64,000 nucleotides of DNA from Eledone cirrhosa (lineage: Eukaryota). Both the position numbers and the translations under genes were made by a program. This document shows positions 41,875 to 56,174 of the stretch, in pieces. Positions within the stretch are counted from its first letter, which is position 1. Each line of letters begins with the position of its first letter. The notes beneath the pieces are model-generated. The model searched no databases. It saw only the letters and a list, made by a program, of their open reading frames with translations, and was not told the DNA's origin. The DNA is taken from the NCBI GenBank assembly GCA_964016885.1, contig OZ024747.1, positions 7,874,001-7,938,000 of the forward strand, given 5' to 3'.

Positions 41875-41930
41875 ACTGCCTGATGAGGTCATAGCCATTC
41901 AATGGCTATCATCGAAATATATATAGCAGT
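41875..41930 (+). ncRNA. Type I hammerhead ribozyme motif
   Basis: ACTGC-CTGATGA-GGTC-ATAGCCATT-C-AATGGCTAT-CATC-GAAA-TATATA-TA-GCAGT. Confidence 0.8.
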
Positions 41931-41994
41931 AAATAAAGGATTATGAGTTCATGCAATTGACTTATGTTTCGTCACTATATATATATATATATAT

Positions 41995-42192
41995 ATAGGA
42001 ACGAGTAGGACCCCGACGGCTGAGCTCAAGCCGTTTCAACGGCTAATTCTGAGTCCAGAATTAGTCGTCAAAACGGCTTGAGCTCAGCCGTTGGGGTCCT
42101 ACTCGTTCCTATTACCCACTCTACTACCCTAAGTATTGAGTACTTTGGTGCGTTATGGTCCACCTGGTTCCTTACCACATTTCCTTCGTTTT
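41995..42192. mobile_element. Family P1 element with fold-back
   Basis: Palindrome about 41995-42112 centred on TTCTG-AGTC-CAGAA, then ...AAGTATTGAGTACTTTGG. Confidence 0.75.
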
Positions 42193-42207
42193 ATATATAT
42201 ATATATG

Positions 42208-42330
42208 AAGGCGTGTGGCTGAGTGGTTAGAGAATTGGATTTGCAATCGTAAGGTTGTGAGTTCGATTCCTGGACCAGGCGATGCGTTATGTCCTTGAGC
42301 AAGACACTTTATTTCACGTTGCTCCTTCTA
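42208..42330 (+). mobile_element. Family B-like SINE head
   Basis: GTGGCTGAGTGGTTAG (A box), GAGTTCGATTCC (B box), CCTTGAGCAAGACACTTTATTTCAC. Confidence 0.75.
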
Positions 42331-43568
42331 CCTGGAGTTGCGACCGATAGATAGTATTAGCAATTGGAAAGACCAACGGAAACATTGTTCCCTCGGTCCG
42401 ATTTGACGAAAGTCGATCGTTTAAGATATGTGTGTGTGTGTGTGTATTTATGCATGGGCACATGTGAAAGAGGAACCAACACATAATGTGGATGTTGAAA
42501 GTATTCATATCAATAGTTTGACATATTTCTACATTACAAACAGTTTCATAAACGTGTCTGTCTCACCAGATGCATGGAAAATAAATATCTTTTCCACACA
42601 TCCGATGAGATAAATGTGTTTGCATCTTGAAATCTCTGGTAATGCAGAAATTAGTCAAACTTTTAATATGAATACTATCATTATTATTATCATCATCATC
42701 ATCATCACTGTTTTACATCTATTTTTCCATGTCTGCATGGGTTAGATGGGTTGTCACGTTCTGAGTCTAGACAGCTCAGTTGACTGTGCTTGCACATATG
42801 GTTGATTCTGTTGTATCAAAGTTGACTGAGTTTACACAACAACAGCAACATCATCATCATCATCATCATCAACAACAACAATAAAAGCAACAACAATAAC
42901 AACGACAACATCAGCAATTACAATGGAAGCACACATACATTAGACAATGTAGCTGTAGATATGAAATAAAGATGGAATGGTCATGGTTGGAATGCCTTTT
43001 GTCATAGGACTGCTAAGCCAGGTCTGATCTGGGTTTATCACAACAACAACAATGACCATAGCAATGGAAAGGCACATTAGATATTGTAGTCCTAGGTTTG
43101 CTAAGTCAGGGCTGGCATGGGTTGAGACAACAATAACATCAACATCAACAACAATAAAAGAACATATTAGACACTGTTGTCCTAGACACGCAACAGACGA
43201 GATAGTCATGGCTGGAACCCCTTTGATCATACGTCTGCTAAATATATGACTACAGACACAAACAAGAACAATCTATAGAAGCAGTTAAGTTCTTGTGATA
43301 AAATCTTTGAACTTTATATTTGAAAAGAAAACCGAAATCTCAACATATTTTAATTGGCTTCAGAAATATTGATTTTTTTATATATTGGCATAAAAACCAT
43401 TGATTTGTAATTTTGTCAACATACAAACACATACAGACTTGTATTCTTTTAGTTTCTTTATTATTTTACTACTTCATTTAATAGACAGCTGTCATGCTGG
43501 AGCACCACCTTCTTTTAGTTCATCATATCATCACTGGTATTTTGTTTCTATTGTTTCTGGCCATATAT

Positions 43569-43604
<36 letters not shown>

Positions 43605-43606
<2 letters not shown>

Positions 43607-43970
43607 TTTACGTCTGCTTTTTCCTGCTTGCAAGGGTGGGACAGGAACTGGTTCTGGCTTGATTTCTACAGCTGGATGCCCTTCCTAACACCAACCAATG
43701 AGTGCTGGGTGCTTTTTTTTCCATGGCGCCTACACATCCACTTTACAGTGTGGGCTGGGTGCTTTTTTGCTGAGGCACCTCCACGACCACTTTGCAGTGG
43801 AATGATATAGACCCCAGTCCCTATCAACTCATTTCTACAGCTGAGTAAACTGGAGCAATGTGAAATAAAGTGTCTTGCTCAAGGAAACAACACATCACCC
43901 AGTCTGAGAATTGAACTCACAACCTTTTGGTTGCAAGGCCAATGCTCTAAACACTAAGCCATGTGCCTCC
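43605..43970 (-). mobile_element. Family B SINE, near full length
   Basis: tRNA-like head, core and RTE-like tail ending in (GAT)n. Confidence 0.8.
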
Positions 43971-44018
43971 ATAAAAAGAAGTGTGGCCCGTATGGGGCAC
44001 AAACCCATGACATTCGCG

Positions 44019-44086
<68 letters not shown>

Positions 44087-45343
44087 ATATATATATGTGT
44101 GTGTGTGTGGGTGTGTAATAAATGACTGATAAGTTTCAGATAGTCAGTACAATGCAGTAGAAATATATAAAGAGCAAATGATGACAAATAAAACAAAACA
44201 AAGTAATGTTTTTGCCCTGTATATTTCAATATAATATTTCAGGGTTATAACTCTCTTTTCAAATGCAAAACAAAAACGTTTCAAAACAAAACAAATGTTC
44301 AATGTATTTTTCCCTAACTGAGGGAAGAACACATTGATGCACAAAATACACCTGGTACACACTGTAAGGTGGTTGGAAATAGGAAGGGCATCCCGCTTTA
44401 GAAACCATGTCAAAAAAGTTGAGAAGATCCCCTCAGTTGTGACAATGGCTCAACTACTTGTTGCATGCTGGGGATTTATACAATAAATGCATCCAGTACA
44501 TGCTGTAAAGTGGTTGGTGATAGAAAGCCAAAACATCGCAGCCGCTCTAGTGCTGGTGCCATGATAAAATGCATACAGTAGAACATGGGACCATATATAA
44601 GCAACATGCAAACCCCACTGGTCTGTCTGGGAGGTCTGTAGCCTCACTTCATTACTGATTCTGTCTGTGAAAACATGCCCAACCCTTGCAGAGAAGTGGA
44701 TGTTAAAACACTAATGATGATAATGAGGATGACGGTGTATTTACATAACCCATGCTAACGAGGAAAATGGACGTTGAATGCTGCTGCTGCTGCTGCTGAT
44801 GATGATATTTGGCTTATTAAATAATAATTATTTATTTTATTTATTTATTTTATATTATTATTATTATTATTTTTTTTTTTAATACAAATATTTTGTATAT
44901 TTTTCTCTGATAATCTTCAGTGTTTGAGACAAAGCAACATGTAATCAAAGAGAGAAAACAACATGTGGAATGGAATACATTGGGGAATCTACTTGTGAAG
45001 CAGAATCACAGGATAGTTAATTCTCTCATTCTTTTATTCTTTATTATTTTTGTACTGGTTTCAGTGATATGGCTGGTCACATGCTGTGGCATCACATACA
45101 ACTGCTATAGCTGATTATATCATGTATTGATCCTCTAACCAGTATATACTTTGTTCTATTGATCTCATGAGATATGAAAGGCAAAGTGATCGTTGATGTA
45201 AAGGATTATAACAAGGCTGGACATAACTACCACATAGTATTTCTCTTCAAATGTACCAGTTTCTGCTCAGCCTATTGTAAACATACACATGCACACACAG
45301 AGAAAATAAATGTTAAATGGTAATGGTGGTGAAGATAAGGATA

Positions 45344-45381
<38 letters not shown>

Positions 45382-45647
45382 AAAAATAAGAAAAATAATA
45401 ATGCTGATATATATATATATATATACACATGCCAGTGTGGAAAAATGGATGTTAAACGGAGATGATGATGATATATATATATATATAAGTAAAGGTGGAG
45501 GATTAACTTTGACCTTGGTGGTTTAGGCTACCTACCTCTTATACAGCTAAAACCACCAACCTCATGGTCAGTCCTCTACTTTTACTAATACTCATGTATT
45601 GAATACTTTTTTGATTTGATTTGCGGTCTTCCAGTAATACAGACTAT

Positions 45648-45726
<79 letters not shown>

Positions 45727-45836
45727 AAATATAAAACAATCAAATTTTTGCTTAATACATTTAATTGCTGACGATCGTTTCTTCCAGATAACTGTCTGGA
45801 ATCATCGGAGCATACACAATGGTTAAACAAGTAATT

Positions 45837-46020
45837 CCGGTGGATTGGCAGTATCGGTAGAGGTTTGAACGCCATGCTTTGCAGAGTTACGGCCCTTTAT
45901 GGTCTGAGTTCAAATCCCGCCAAGGTTAACTTTGCCTTTCATCCTTACGGGGCCGATAAAATAAAGTACCAGTAATACACTGGGATAATTGCTGGCCTTG
46001 TGCCAATAGTAGAAACAATT
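45837..46020 (+). mobile_element. Family A SINE
   Basis: Complete head and core. Confidence 0.85.
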
Positions 46021-46313
46021 ATATTGTACAGATATAAAAGTATTAGGAGCTGTTGTGAAGAGGTTATTACATAAAGTGAAATAATGAGCATATTATATAG
46101 AAAGTTATTTATAAAGGTAATTCATATAATATATATAAGAAAATGAGGTTTTTTTTTAAATGAAAAAGATGTCCTACACGGGTGAAAATATAAGGAAAAG
46201 AAATCAAAAATGCAACTGGAGTCTTTTTAAGAATATTTGTTTCCTTTACCGGTTTCACAGTTCTTATGCTTTTCAAAAGTAGAATTGAGATGGAGGGTTT
46301 GTGGTTTTTCTTG

Positions 46314-46334
<21 letters not shown>

Positions 46335-46349
<15 letters not shown>

Positions 46350-46575
46350 AGCTTCAGGACCCCGACGGCTGAGCTCCGGCTGTTTCGACAGCTAAATCTG
46401 AACTAAAGTGGTAGATTCCCGCTGTTCAAATACTGGCGCTTTAGTTTAGATCTAGCTGTCGAAACAGATGGAGCTCAGCCATCGGGGTGCTGAATCTATT
46501 TTTATTACCCACTCTACTACCTCAAATATCGAGTACTCTGGTGGGTTATGGTCCACCTGGTTATGGTCCACACTT
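46335..46575. mobile_element. Family P1 element with fold-back
   Basis: Inverted arms about 46334-46408 and 46440-46495; AATATCGAGTACTCTGG. Confidence 0.7.
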
Positions 46576-46576
46576 T

Positions 46577-46613
<37 letters not shown>

Positions 46614-46810
46614 AAGTAGTATCACAACAGTTAGTTCACCATACTGAGAACAAATGTCTCACCTTGTGAATCTTCAGCTTGGTCTGAGTGAGGTTGTACG
46701 GAAAAGGAAAAACCAACCGCACCATACAACCATACTCAGACTGAGCTGAAGATCCGCAAGGTAAAACATTTGTTCTCGGTATGGTGAACTAACTGTTGTG
46801 ATACTACTTC
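46614..46810. repeat. Inverted repeat with a degenerate hammerhead in each arm
   Basis: Plus strand ACTGAG-CTGAAGA-TCC-GCAA-GGT-AAAA-CATTTG-TT-CTCGGT; mirror arm has CTGAAGA...GAGA. Confidence 0.7.
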
Positions 46811-46900
46811 TACCAAACTCGTCCCATGGACTGAGTGCTCTACTACTACGGATATTACCTTCCAGTGTTCTACTATTATATATATATATATATATACTAT

Positions 46901-46932
<32 letters not shown>

Positions 46933-47226
46933 ATTTATATGTGCAGTCCCAATGATAGACCTGGATTCTCCAACTCGGCCCCACCTCTACATACCAGACT
47001 ACTTGCCACTTCACCTTACCCATCCTGATAAAACCTCTCTCAATTTTTTCCCAACCTTCTAACCTCCCCTTTCTCCAAACTTTGCTCTTTCTGATGAAAG
47101 ATTAATGTCTGATACATTCAAACATTCATTTTCCTTTTCCAACAAACATAAAACTAATAAGACTTTATGTTATTGTATCTCTGTGTTCGTCTTGTTTATC
47201 TTGAACTATATATATATGTATATATG

Positions 47227-47296
<70 letters not shown>

Positions 47297-47310
47297 AATA
47301 TATATATATG

Positions 47311-47386
<76 letters not shown>

Positions 47387-47865
47387 CACGTATATGTAAA
47401 CACAGACAAACACACACACACACAGTCATATATATATGGCAGTCATCCAATTGCTATTATTTTTGTTGATAATATTTTGGTAATCACTTGGCCAGTCTTT
47501 ACTTCAGATAATATCAGTGATTTCTCATGTTGCTATACACTATATATATACTATATATATATATACTATATATATATATACTATATATATATATATACTA
47601 TATTTAGTATATAATCATATATACTGGCTACAAAATGTATCATAAACAAATATAGTATAATAGTTGAATAGCGTACATGATTGTACTTGGTCAGTAAACA
47701 AGCTAGATATAGCAGCCAAATACATATATATATATGCGTGTGTGTGTGTGTATATATATATATGAAAAAGGTAAACAGAAATAACAACACAATCGGTACA
47801 GTATATGGAAGGGATATATTAGGTTAACGCTTGATATAGCAGGAAGAGGGTCTTTATGTTTCAGA

Positions 47866-47901
<36 letters not shown>

Positions 47902-47960
47902 CAAGGCTCTGATACCATCAACACCATAAACACAGAGCTGGCATATCTAAGAACTGACTA

Positions 47961-48016
47961 ACTGCCTGATGAGGTCATAGCCATTCAATGGCTATCATCG
48001 AAATGTATATAGCAGT
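47961..48016 (+). ncRNA. Type I hammerhead motif, duplicate of 41875-41930
   Basis: Lies in an island of about 167 bp (47896-48062) nearly identical to 41808-41975. Confidence 0.8.
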
Positions 48017-48167
48017 AAATAAAGGATTATGAGTTCATGCAATTAACTTATGTTTCGTCACTATATATATATTTATATATATATCTGTATGTTGTTGACG
48101 GCTGAGAAAAAAGAGAACTCAATACTAAAGTAGAGTTTTAATATGCATTTTATTATGGCTAAGTGGT

Positions 48168-48218
48168 GAGCCTTGTTACTCTGGAGTTTCGCCTATTTAT
48201 CACAGGGTCATCAGATGA
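48168..48218 (-). ncRNA. Type I hammerhead motif, homologue of 38361-38417
   Basis: Minus strand CTGATGA-CCCTG-TGATAAA-TAGGC-GAAA-CTCCAGAG-TA-ACAAG. Confidence 0.65.
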
Positions 48219-48733
48219 AGAAAATATTCGACTGTAAGCTCCTGGGGTTTCTGCTTGTGGTTTCACTCAGATGAGCGTCTTCAGGAATCTAGATGCTCAT
48301 CTGTGTGAAATCCTGAGCAGAAACTGTAGGAGCTCATGGTCGAATATTTTCTTTCTAAATATATATATACACACACATATATATGAGAAGTAGAATCATG
48401 ATTCAGTGTATGAAAGCCCCTTTGTACCTTTGAAGATGGATATCTTGTTTAACCCTCACAACCACCCATGGTTCTATAATACAAAACTGTTTATTTTAAG
48501 ATGTTTATATTTATCTAAAAACCTTCTATCATAATTTTATGTAAACCACTTGTTAAGTCAGGTTCACAACACTATATTAATAATGAACAAGTTAGATATA
48601 TAACTAAATCCCTCTAAATTCTTGATTATTTTCAAAATTACTTAAAAACCACAGGTAGCGTATTTCATTAGAAATATAGTAACTTAAGAGGGTTAACACA
48701 AAAAGGATTTCTATAATATCAAAGTAACCATAC

Positions 48734-48850
48734 CTTAGATAAGAAAGCAGGAATCCATCAGATCTTTTTCTCTTTGAAATTAAGATCCAGTTGGTGCTAG
48801 ATTTTCGACAAGTCGTGGGAAGGAAACCAAGTTTCCTTGATTGATACGAC
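48734..48850 (-). other. Candidate exon, 117 nt
   Basis: Acceptor TTTTTCTCTTCGTTTCTCAG|G and donor AAG|GTATGG; unique sequence between repeats. Confidence 0.6.
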
Positions 48851-49279
48851 CTGAGAAACGAAGAGAAAAAGACAAAACAATTAAATCAGTAAATATTCCT
48901 AAATCCTTCCAAATTCTTGAATATTTTCAAAATAAATTGAAAACCATAGGTAGTATCTTTTATTAGAAGTATGGTAATGAAAGGTTACAAGTGTTTATAT
49001 TTATCTAAAACCTTCCATGATAATTTTAGTAAGTATCTTTGTTAGGTTATGTTGTAGTGCACCTGAGCACTGTACACAATTATTTCATTATTATTAAACA
49101 CCAGATAAATAATGAAGAAAATAGTTATATTGCTAAATCCTTCCAAATTCTTGAATATTTTCAAAATTATTTGAAAATCATAGGCAGTTTCTTTCATTAG
49201 AAATATGGAAAATCACAGGCAGATTCTTTCATTAGAAATATGGTAAAGAAATGGTTAATTAACTTGTCTAGGCACTCAC

Positions 49280-49559
49280 TATATCCAGTATGTTAGCATT
49301 CACTTTACAACTTTATGTCTACTGCTTAAGAGCTTGTCTCAAACTCTCTCTATATAATGATTTGTTTGTCGAGGAATAGTTATTTTTGGTTGAAATATAT
49401 TGAAGTGTTTTGAACAAACTCCCTGTGGAATAGCACTGATGTTTGTTTTGTGCAATTAGTTTGATAGATCTGTACATCAATGCCAACACATTTTTGTCTG
49501 TTCTTGGGAAATTCATAAATTTTCACCACGAATAAAATATTGAATGTTTGAATAGAAAT
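49280..49559 (-). other. Candidate non-coding exon
   Basis: Acceptor TTAACTTTTCAG|A and donor ATA|GTGAGT. Confidence 0.4.
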
Positions 49560-49795
49560 CTGAAAAGTTAACAGAATGTCTGTAAAGATGATAAAGTGCC
49601 TGTAATGATATAGATCACTAGCAAACTCATAAAATATATACCTGCACAAATATGTATGTATATGTACATAATGTACGCACATGTGTATGTATATATATAT
49701 ATAACATGCACATATGCAGATACATATACATACATATACAAATGTGTGTGTATATGTATATATATATAAATATAAAATATATATACATATACAAT

Positions 49796-49831
<36 letters not shown>

Positions 49832-50027
49832 CATACTGTTAAGGTTCCTATTTGGAGTGGAAAAACAACCACAATTTAAAGTAAAGTACTCAATACATGA
49901 AAGATAGTGGATATGTTATCATTTCTTACAGAAACACTTTCATATCCTTTTTTAAGAATTTGTTCTCAGATGAATTCACAAAGAAGAAAACAACTAGTCT
50001 TGTAAAAGTCATTAATTTGATACACAC

Positions 50028-50067
<40 letters not shown>

Positions 50068-50639
50068 ATATACACAGCAAAATGAAGAAATATATTAGTT
50101 TAATGCTTGATATAGTAGGAAAAGAGTCTTTACATTTTGGACATTAGTCCTTCATCAGAAGATAGAATGAGAAATAAAAGATGAAATAGAAATATAGAGA
50201 GTGAGAAGAGGAACGAACATAAAAAAAATTGAGGAGAGAGAAAGAGAGAGAGAGAGTCACACAAAGACACACACACACGCACACACACACATATATATAT
50301 ACACACATACATAAAGTGTAGAAATTTCAATGTCAACTTCTTTATACTGGTTAAACAACGTTTAGTGATAATTTTCATTCTAAAATTCTCAACTCTGATT
50401 AACTTTTACATCAGTAAAAATACAAAATAAAGAACAATATATTTGCTGTTTGTTTCTTATTTAAAGAAGCTAAAGATCTTAGTTTCATTATTGATAAGGA
50501 CTCAACATTTTAGGAACACAACAGCTGCTTCTTTTTATCTCTTAATGTATTGTACAACATGATATCACATTAGCAAGACACTCTTGAAAAGTACAAAGCA
50601 GCACTTAGACTGCACCACATTAAACATTCAAATCCTTAA

Positions 50640-50970
50640 CTTTAACGTCGCAAATTTTCACAACAATCTGTCCACAAGTAAAGATACCATAATCATTTAA
50701 ATCAATAAACCTGTTTTTAAATATTTTTTGCAGAATCACTACAAGAGGTTAAGAGTTTATTTTGAAAATTTTCACAACAATCTGTCCACTAGTAAAGACA
50801 CCATAAACATTTAAATTAACAAATCTGTTTTTTTTAGATATTTTCTGCTAAATTATTACTACGGGATGTTAAGAGTTAATATCACAAATTTTCACAATGA
50901 TCTGTTCACCAGTAAAGATACTATAAACGTTAGAATTAACAAACCTGTGTTTAAATATTTTCTGCTATAA
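50640..50970 (+). repeat. Tandem repeat, unit about 120 bp, three copies; also at 29290-29430 and reversed at about 61975-62610
   Basis: AAATTTTCACAA.A.TCTGTCCAC.AGTAAAGA.ACCATAA... Confidence 0.7.
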
Positions 50971-51231
50971 TCGTTAAAGTGTTTATATTTATCCAAAACC
51001 CTTCCATCATAATTTTATATCAGAACCTTTTTTAAGTTATGTTCCAAACACCAGCTTTGTAATGAGAAAGTCAGTCATATTACTAAGCCACTACACATTC
51101 TTGATTATTTTCAAAATTATCTGAAAATCATAGCTGATATCTTCCATTAGAAATATAGTAATGAAAGGGTTAAAAAGTATTTACTATTCTACATTTTTCT
51201 TCATTCAATCAAAACAACCTGACCAAAAATT

Positions 51232-51269
<38 letters not shown>

Positions 51270-52067
51270 CTAGAGTGAATGAAGTGGGCGAGAGTATGTT
51301 GTAAGGAAGCAAACAAAAAAAAAAAATTACTGAAACATGTTGCCTTATAGCAGTAAAGTTTCAAGATTAAGTTCATATTAGGTGAGAAAAACTGAAGAAA
51401 ATATGTTAAAGTACAATTTTTATACAAATAAAATTGAGGTCAGTTTACTCAATTAAGAAGCCTTTATAAAATAATTGGTAGTTGGAAAGGAATTCAATTA
51501 TAAAAATACCTTCTATGAAATCGTATTTAAAAAAATCCAGTTACACAGATAAAACTAAACCTAGCTGACATAGAAAAATGGCTGTGAAAATGAAATGAAA
51601 TCACCCAAAGCCAAAATGTGAAATATGGCTGTAACCCCTTTGATACCAAATCATCTTGAAACTACTCTTGGTTTTATGGTACAAAATTGTTTATTTTAAA
51701 GTGTTTATATTTATCTAAAACTCCTACATCCTAATTTTAGTAAGAACCTTTTTGAGTTATGCTTCAAACACCAGATAAATAATGAGGAAAATAGTTATAC
51801 TACTAAATCCCTCCAAATTTTTGATTATTTAAAATATTATTTGAAAATCATAGGCAGTTTCTTTCATTAGAAATATGGTAACGAAAGGTTTAAAGTATTT
51901 ATATTTATCTAAACATCTTCCATCACAATTTTATGTAAGAATCTTTGATAAGTTATGCCTCAAACACTAATCAGAGAGTCAGTTATATTACATGGAGAAG
52001 ATGACTCCTCACCTGTCAGTATGGTCATGACCCCCCCACCTCCCCCATCCACCTTCCTTCACTTTAA

Positions 52068-52244
52068 CCCTTTAGCATTCAAACCAGCTGTAATTGGCCA
52101 CTCATACCAATGTTAAGGTATTGTTCTCAAAATAAATAACATCAAAATCTCCTAGATTCGATATTATGTGAGATAATTATGTGAGATAAAGCCTTTACCA
52201 TGAAAATATAATAATATATATAGAGTAATGTAAATGCTAAAGGG
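52068..52244. mobile_element. piggyBac-like MITE
   Basis: TTAA duplication; CCCTTTAGCATT...AATGCTAAAGGG. Confidence 0.85.
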
Positions 52245-53466
52245 TTAAACCCAAAGAAAGAGATGTGGGATATTTACTCTTTGTCTACCAGTATAATCCC
52301 AATTTTCTTGTCTACTCCCACCCTTAGCCCATTAATTCTCTTCTTCTTCCCTCCCTTCCTTATCCAACCCATACCAATGTCAAAAGCTAGGGGGGACCTT
52401 CTTTGATCCAGCTCCCTCATCCTGCAAATGTCTCCCCTACCACATACACCTCCATTAGTGTCCCTCACACTGTCCTCTGCATCCTCGTTCAACCGATGTC
52501 TCCCTTGCCTTCACACTCAGATCTCTGGCACTTATCATGTCCAAAGAGAAGAGGCAGACACACTCCACAGACACCACCCATATGCTTCAGAGCCAACACC
52601 ACCCATATGCTTTAGGGTCACCCCCATGACCCAGCACTTTCTTCTCACATGATGGGTTATCTCTCTGGCAATCATCATATAACCTGCATGGAAAGCCTCA
52701 TATGTTCTTCAATACACTGCCAAGTGAAAACTCACTCTCTTCACATGTTGATTGCCCTCCTATTGTAGAATGTCCCCATCTCCCACACTACTCACCCTTA
52801 GCATGCAACATGTAACCTGACACTTGCTCTCTCCCAGCATGATGTGGTCATCTCACCTCTCTGGCCTCTTAACGTGACAACCTATCTAACCCATGCAAGC
52901 ATGGAAATTTGACATTAAATGGTAACAATAATAAAAATAATAATAATAATGATGACAGCGATGGCGATGAAGCTGATGATGATGATGATGAAGTTCTTAT
53001 CTTTAGTTTCAAAATTACTGAACATTTCCTTCTCCATACTTTTCATACCACCTTATTTGGCTTATATCCAACTTTTACCATCTTATTTCAATCTAGTGTA
53101 TTTTCGTACTAGAATCAATACAATTTTTTCATACCTTAAAAAGCCAAAATAGATTTTTTTCTGTCAATTCTGAAAGCTTTAAGAGAAGAGGAGAACATGT
53201 TTAGTGTTTCCCTATACATTCTCTTGTGTATATAGTTCCCACCGAATGGCATTATAAGAAACAATTGGGGAAACATTCTCTAGGAGAGTTTGGGAATATT
53301 TCTCAGGTTTTTATAGACGCCAAACACACACACCGACCAAGAAAATGTTAAATTAGATTTACACTAAATATCTACAATTTTATCTCCTATTAACAACTGA
53401 GTTGATAATTATTTACAACTAAATGATTCATATGTATGAGTGCATTCATATGTATATGTGTATATA

Positions 53467-53611
<145 letters not shown>

Positions 53612-53632
53612 ATATATATATATATGTATATA

Positions 53633-53665
<33 letters not shown>

Positions 53666-53919
53666 ATATGTATATATATATATATATATGTATATATTTA
53701 TATATACATATATATATATGTATATATGTGTATATATATATATATTAATATATATATATATATATGTGTATATATATATGTATATACGTATATATATATA
53801 TATGTGTATATATATATATGTATATATATTTATATATGTGCGTGTATATATATATATATATACTTGGGGAGGGTCATATTGTTGTAATATTGCCAGAAAT
53901 AATAATATATATATATATG

Positions 53920-53977
<58 letters not shown>

Positions 53978-54194
53978 AAACCACGTTTATGGTATAAATG
54001 AAGTCGTAGACTAATATTCTATTTAGGAAACCGAGTGATTCTCGGCTTCAGAGTTAAGAATAATGTAAATAAATTAGTAGAATGAAAATAACAGAGGTTA
54101 TTGAAATATTTGATATATATTTATCCTTATCGAGCTCTCTTTGGATTTTAGTCTTCCAATTTATTATTATTACTGTATATATGTATATATATAT

Positions 54195-55782
54195 GCCACT
54201 CTACCTGGCATTTGTCGATCTCGAGAAAGCCTTTGACAAAGTTCCCTGTGCTATAATCTGGTGGGCTCTTAGAAAACTAGGAGTAGATGAATGGCTTGTG
54301 AAAGCTGTATAAACCATGTATAGGGGAGCAGTCAGCAAAGTTAGGATTAGCAATGAGTATAGCGAGGAATTTAGCGTACAGGTCGGTATCCACCAGGGCT
54401 CTGTTCTTAGCCCTCTCCTGTTCATCATAGTCCTGCAGGCAATAACGGAGGAGTTTAAGACCGGATTCCCATGGGAACTCCTGTATGCTGATGACCTCGC
54501 ACTCATAGCTGAATCTATGGTAGAACTAGAGAATAAATTCCAAACTTAGAAGCAGGGACTAGAAAGAAAGGGTCTCAAAGTCAACCTGACAAAGACTAAG
54601 GTAAGTAGACGAGAAAAGTCAACCTGACAAACACTAAGATAAGTAGATGAGAAAACAGAACCCAGATCAACTCAGGGAAATGGCCTTGCTCAGTATGTAG
54701 GAAAGGTGTAGGTAGGAACTCCATTCTCTGCCCCAAATGCAAACAATGGGTACACAGAGATGTAGCGGGATCTTAGGAAGCTTAACTAAGAATGTAGGCT
54801 TCACATGTAGCAGCTGTGCTGGGACAGCAAGCAGCAAACAGCCACAGGAAACAAGTACCACCAATCTCTGGGAGGGCTCTGTAGAAACAGTAGACAGCTT
54901 CTGCTACCTAGGTGACCGAATTAGCAGCGGAGGTGGATGTTCGGAAAGTACAATAACTAGGGTAAGAACGGGATGGAAGAAGTTCAGGGAGCTACTGCCA
55001 CTGCTAGCTGCAAAAGGCTTTTCCCTCAAAATGAAAGGGAGACTGTATGATGCGTGTATACGAACAGCAATGTTACATGGTAGTGAGACCTGGGCGCTGA
55101 ATGTGGAAGACTTGCGTATATTAGAAAGAAACGAAGCCTGCATGCTCCGATGGATGTGTAATAGTAATATACGCGAACGGCAAAGCATAAATGAATTGAG
55201 AGAGAGACTGAGCATAAGAGGAATCAAATGCTGTGTGCAGGAGAGGCGGTTGCGTTGGTATGGACATGTGATGCCTATGAAGGATGACAGCTGCATAAAA
55301 AGGTGCAGAGCAGAAGTCGATGGAAGCCATGGAGTGGGGAGACCCAAGAAGACCTGGGATGAGGTGATAAAAGCCGACCTTACTCAATTACACCTCTCAA
55401 AGGCGATGACACACGACTGTGACCTCTGGGGTCACGCAGTAATACAGAAGACCCGACCCCCACGGGTACAAGCCGAAGCTGAAGCATATAGACAATATGC
55501 CCCCACACCCTCCCACTGCAAAGTGGTCGTGGAGGTGCCACGGCAAAAAAGCACCCAGCTCACACTGTAAAGTGGACGTGTAGGCGCCACAGAAAAAAGC
55601 ACCCAGCACTCACTGTAAATGAGGTTGGTGTTAGGAAGGGCATCCAGCTGTAGAAATCAAGCCAGAATCAGTTCCTGTATGAGCAAGACAAGGTCAGCCG
55701 ACCGGACATTGCCCACAACAAGACAACTCGTCTAACCCATGCTAGCGTGGAAGAACAGATGTAAAACAGGGATGATGATGAT
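54195..55782 (+). mobile_element. 5'-truncated RTE-clade LINE (RT core to 3' tail), disabled
   Basis: LYLAFVDLEKAFDKV, GIHQGSVLSPLLF, LLYADDL, YLGD, MLHGSETW, RRLRWYGHV, GRPKKTW; stops at 54310 and 54547; ends in (GAT)n. Confidence 0.95.
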
Positions 55783-56174
55783 ATATATATATATAGAGAG
55801 AGAAGACAACTATATAATATATATATGTCAAGAGACTATCGCTGCTATAAAAAGAACAATATTTTCTCCTAGTTGTCCCATAAAATTCTATGTGTAACTG
55901 TTATGGCTTATGCTATAAGTTATTGTTCTGTCTTGTCTTTTACTCTATGGACAGTGCTTTGGCTTGTGTCAGAGGCTGTGACCCCAGGCTGGCTGGCAGT
56001 ACCCACCGAACAGAAAAAGATGGATATTAGCGCTCCCATGTGTACTGTTATCCATCTTTTTCCATTTACTTTTTTCTATATTAATTGTATCTCTGTATTT
56101 GTCTTTTTTTATTTTAACCACACACACACACACACATAACAACACACATGCACACACATATATTTATATATATA

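Noticed and set aside
42208-42280. Possible tRNA gene
   Set aside because: Runs directly into the SINE core; it is a tRNA-derived SINE head
54025-54050. Hairpin CCGAG-TGATT-CTCGG as a possible ribozyme
   Set aside because: No correctly ordered CUGANGA and GAAA core on either strand
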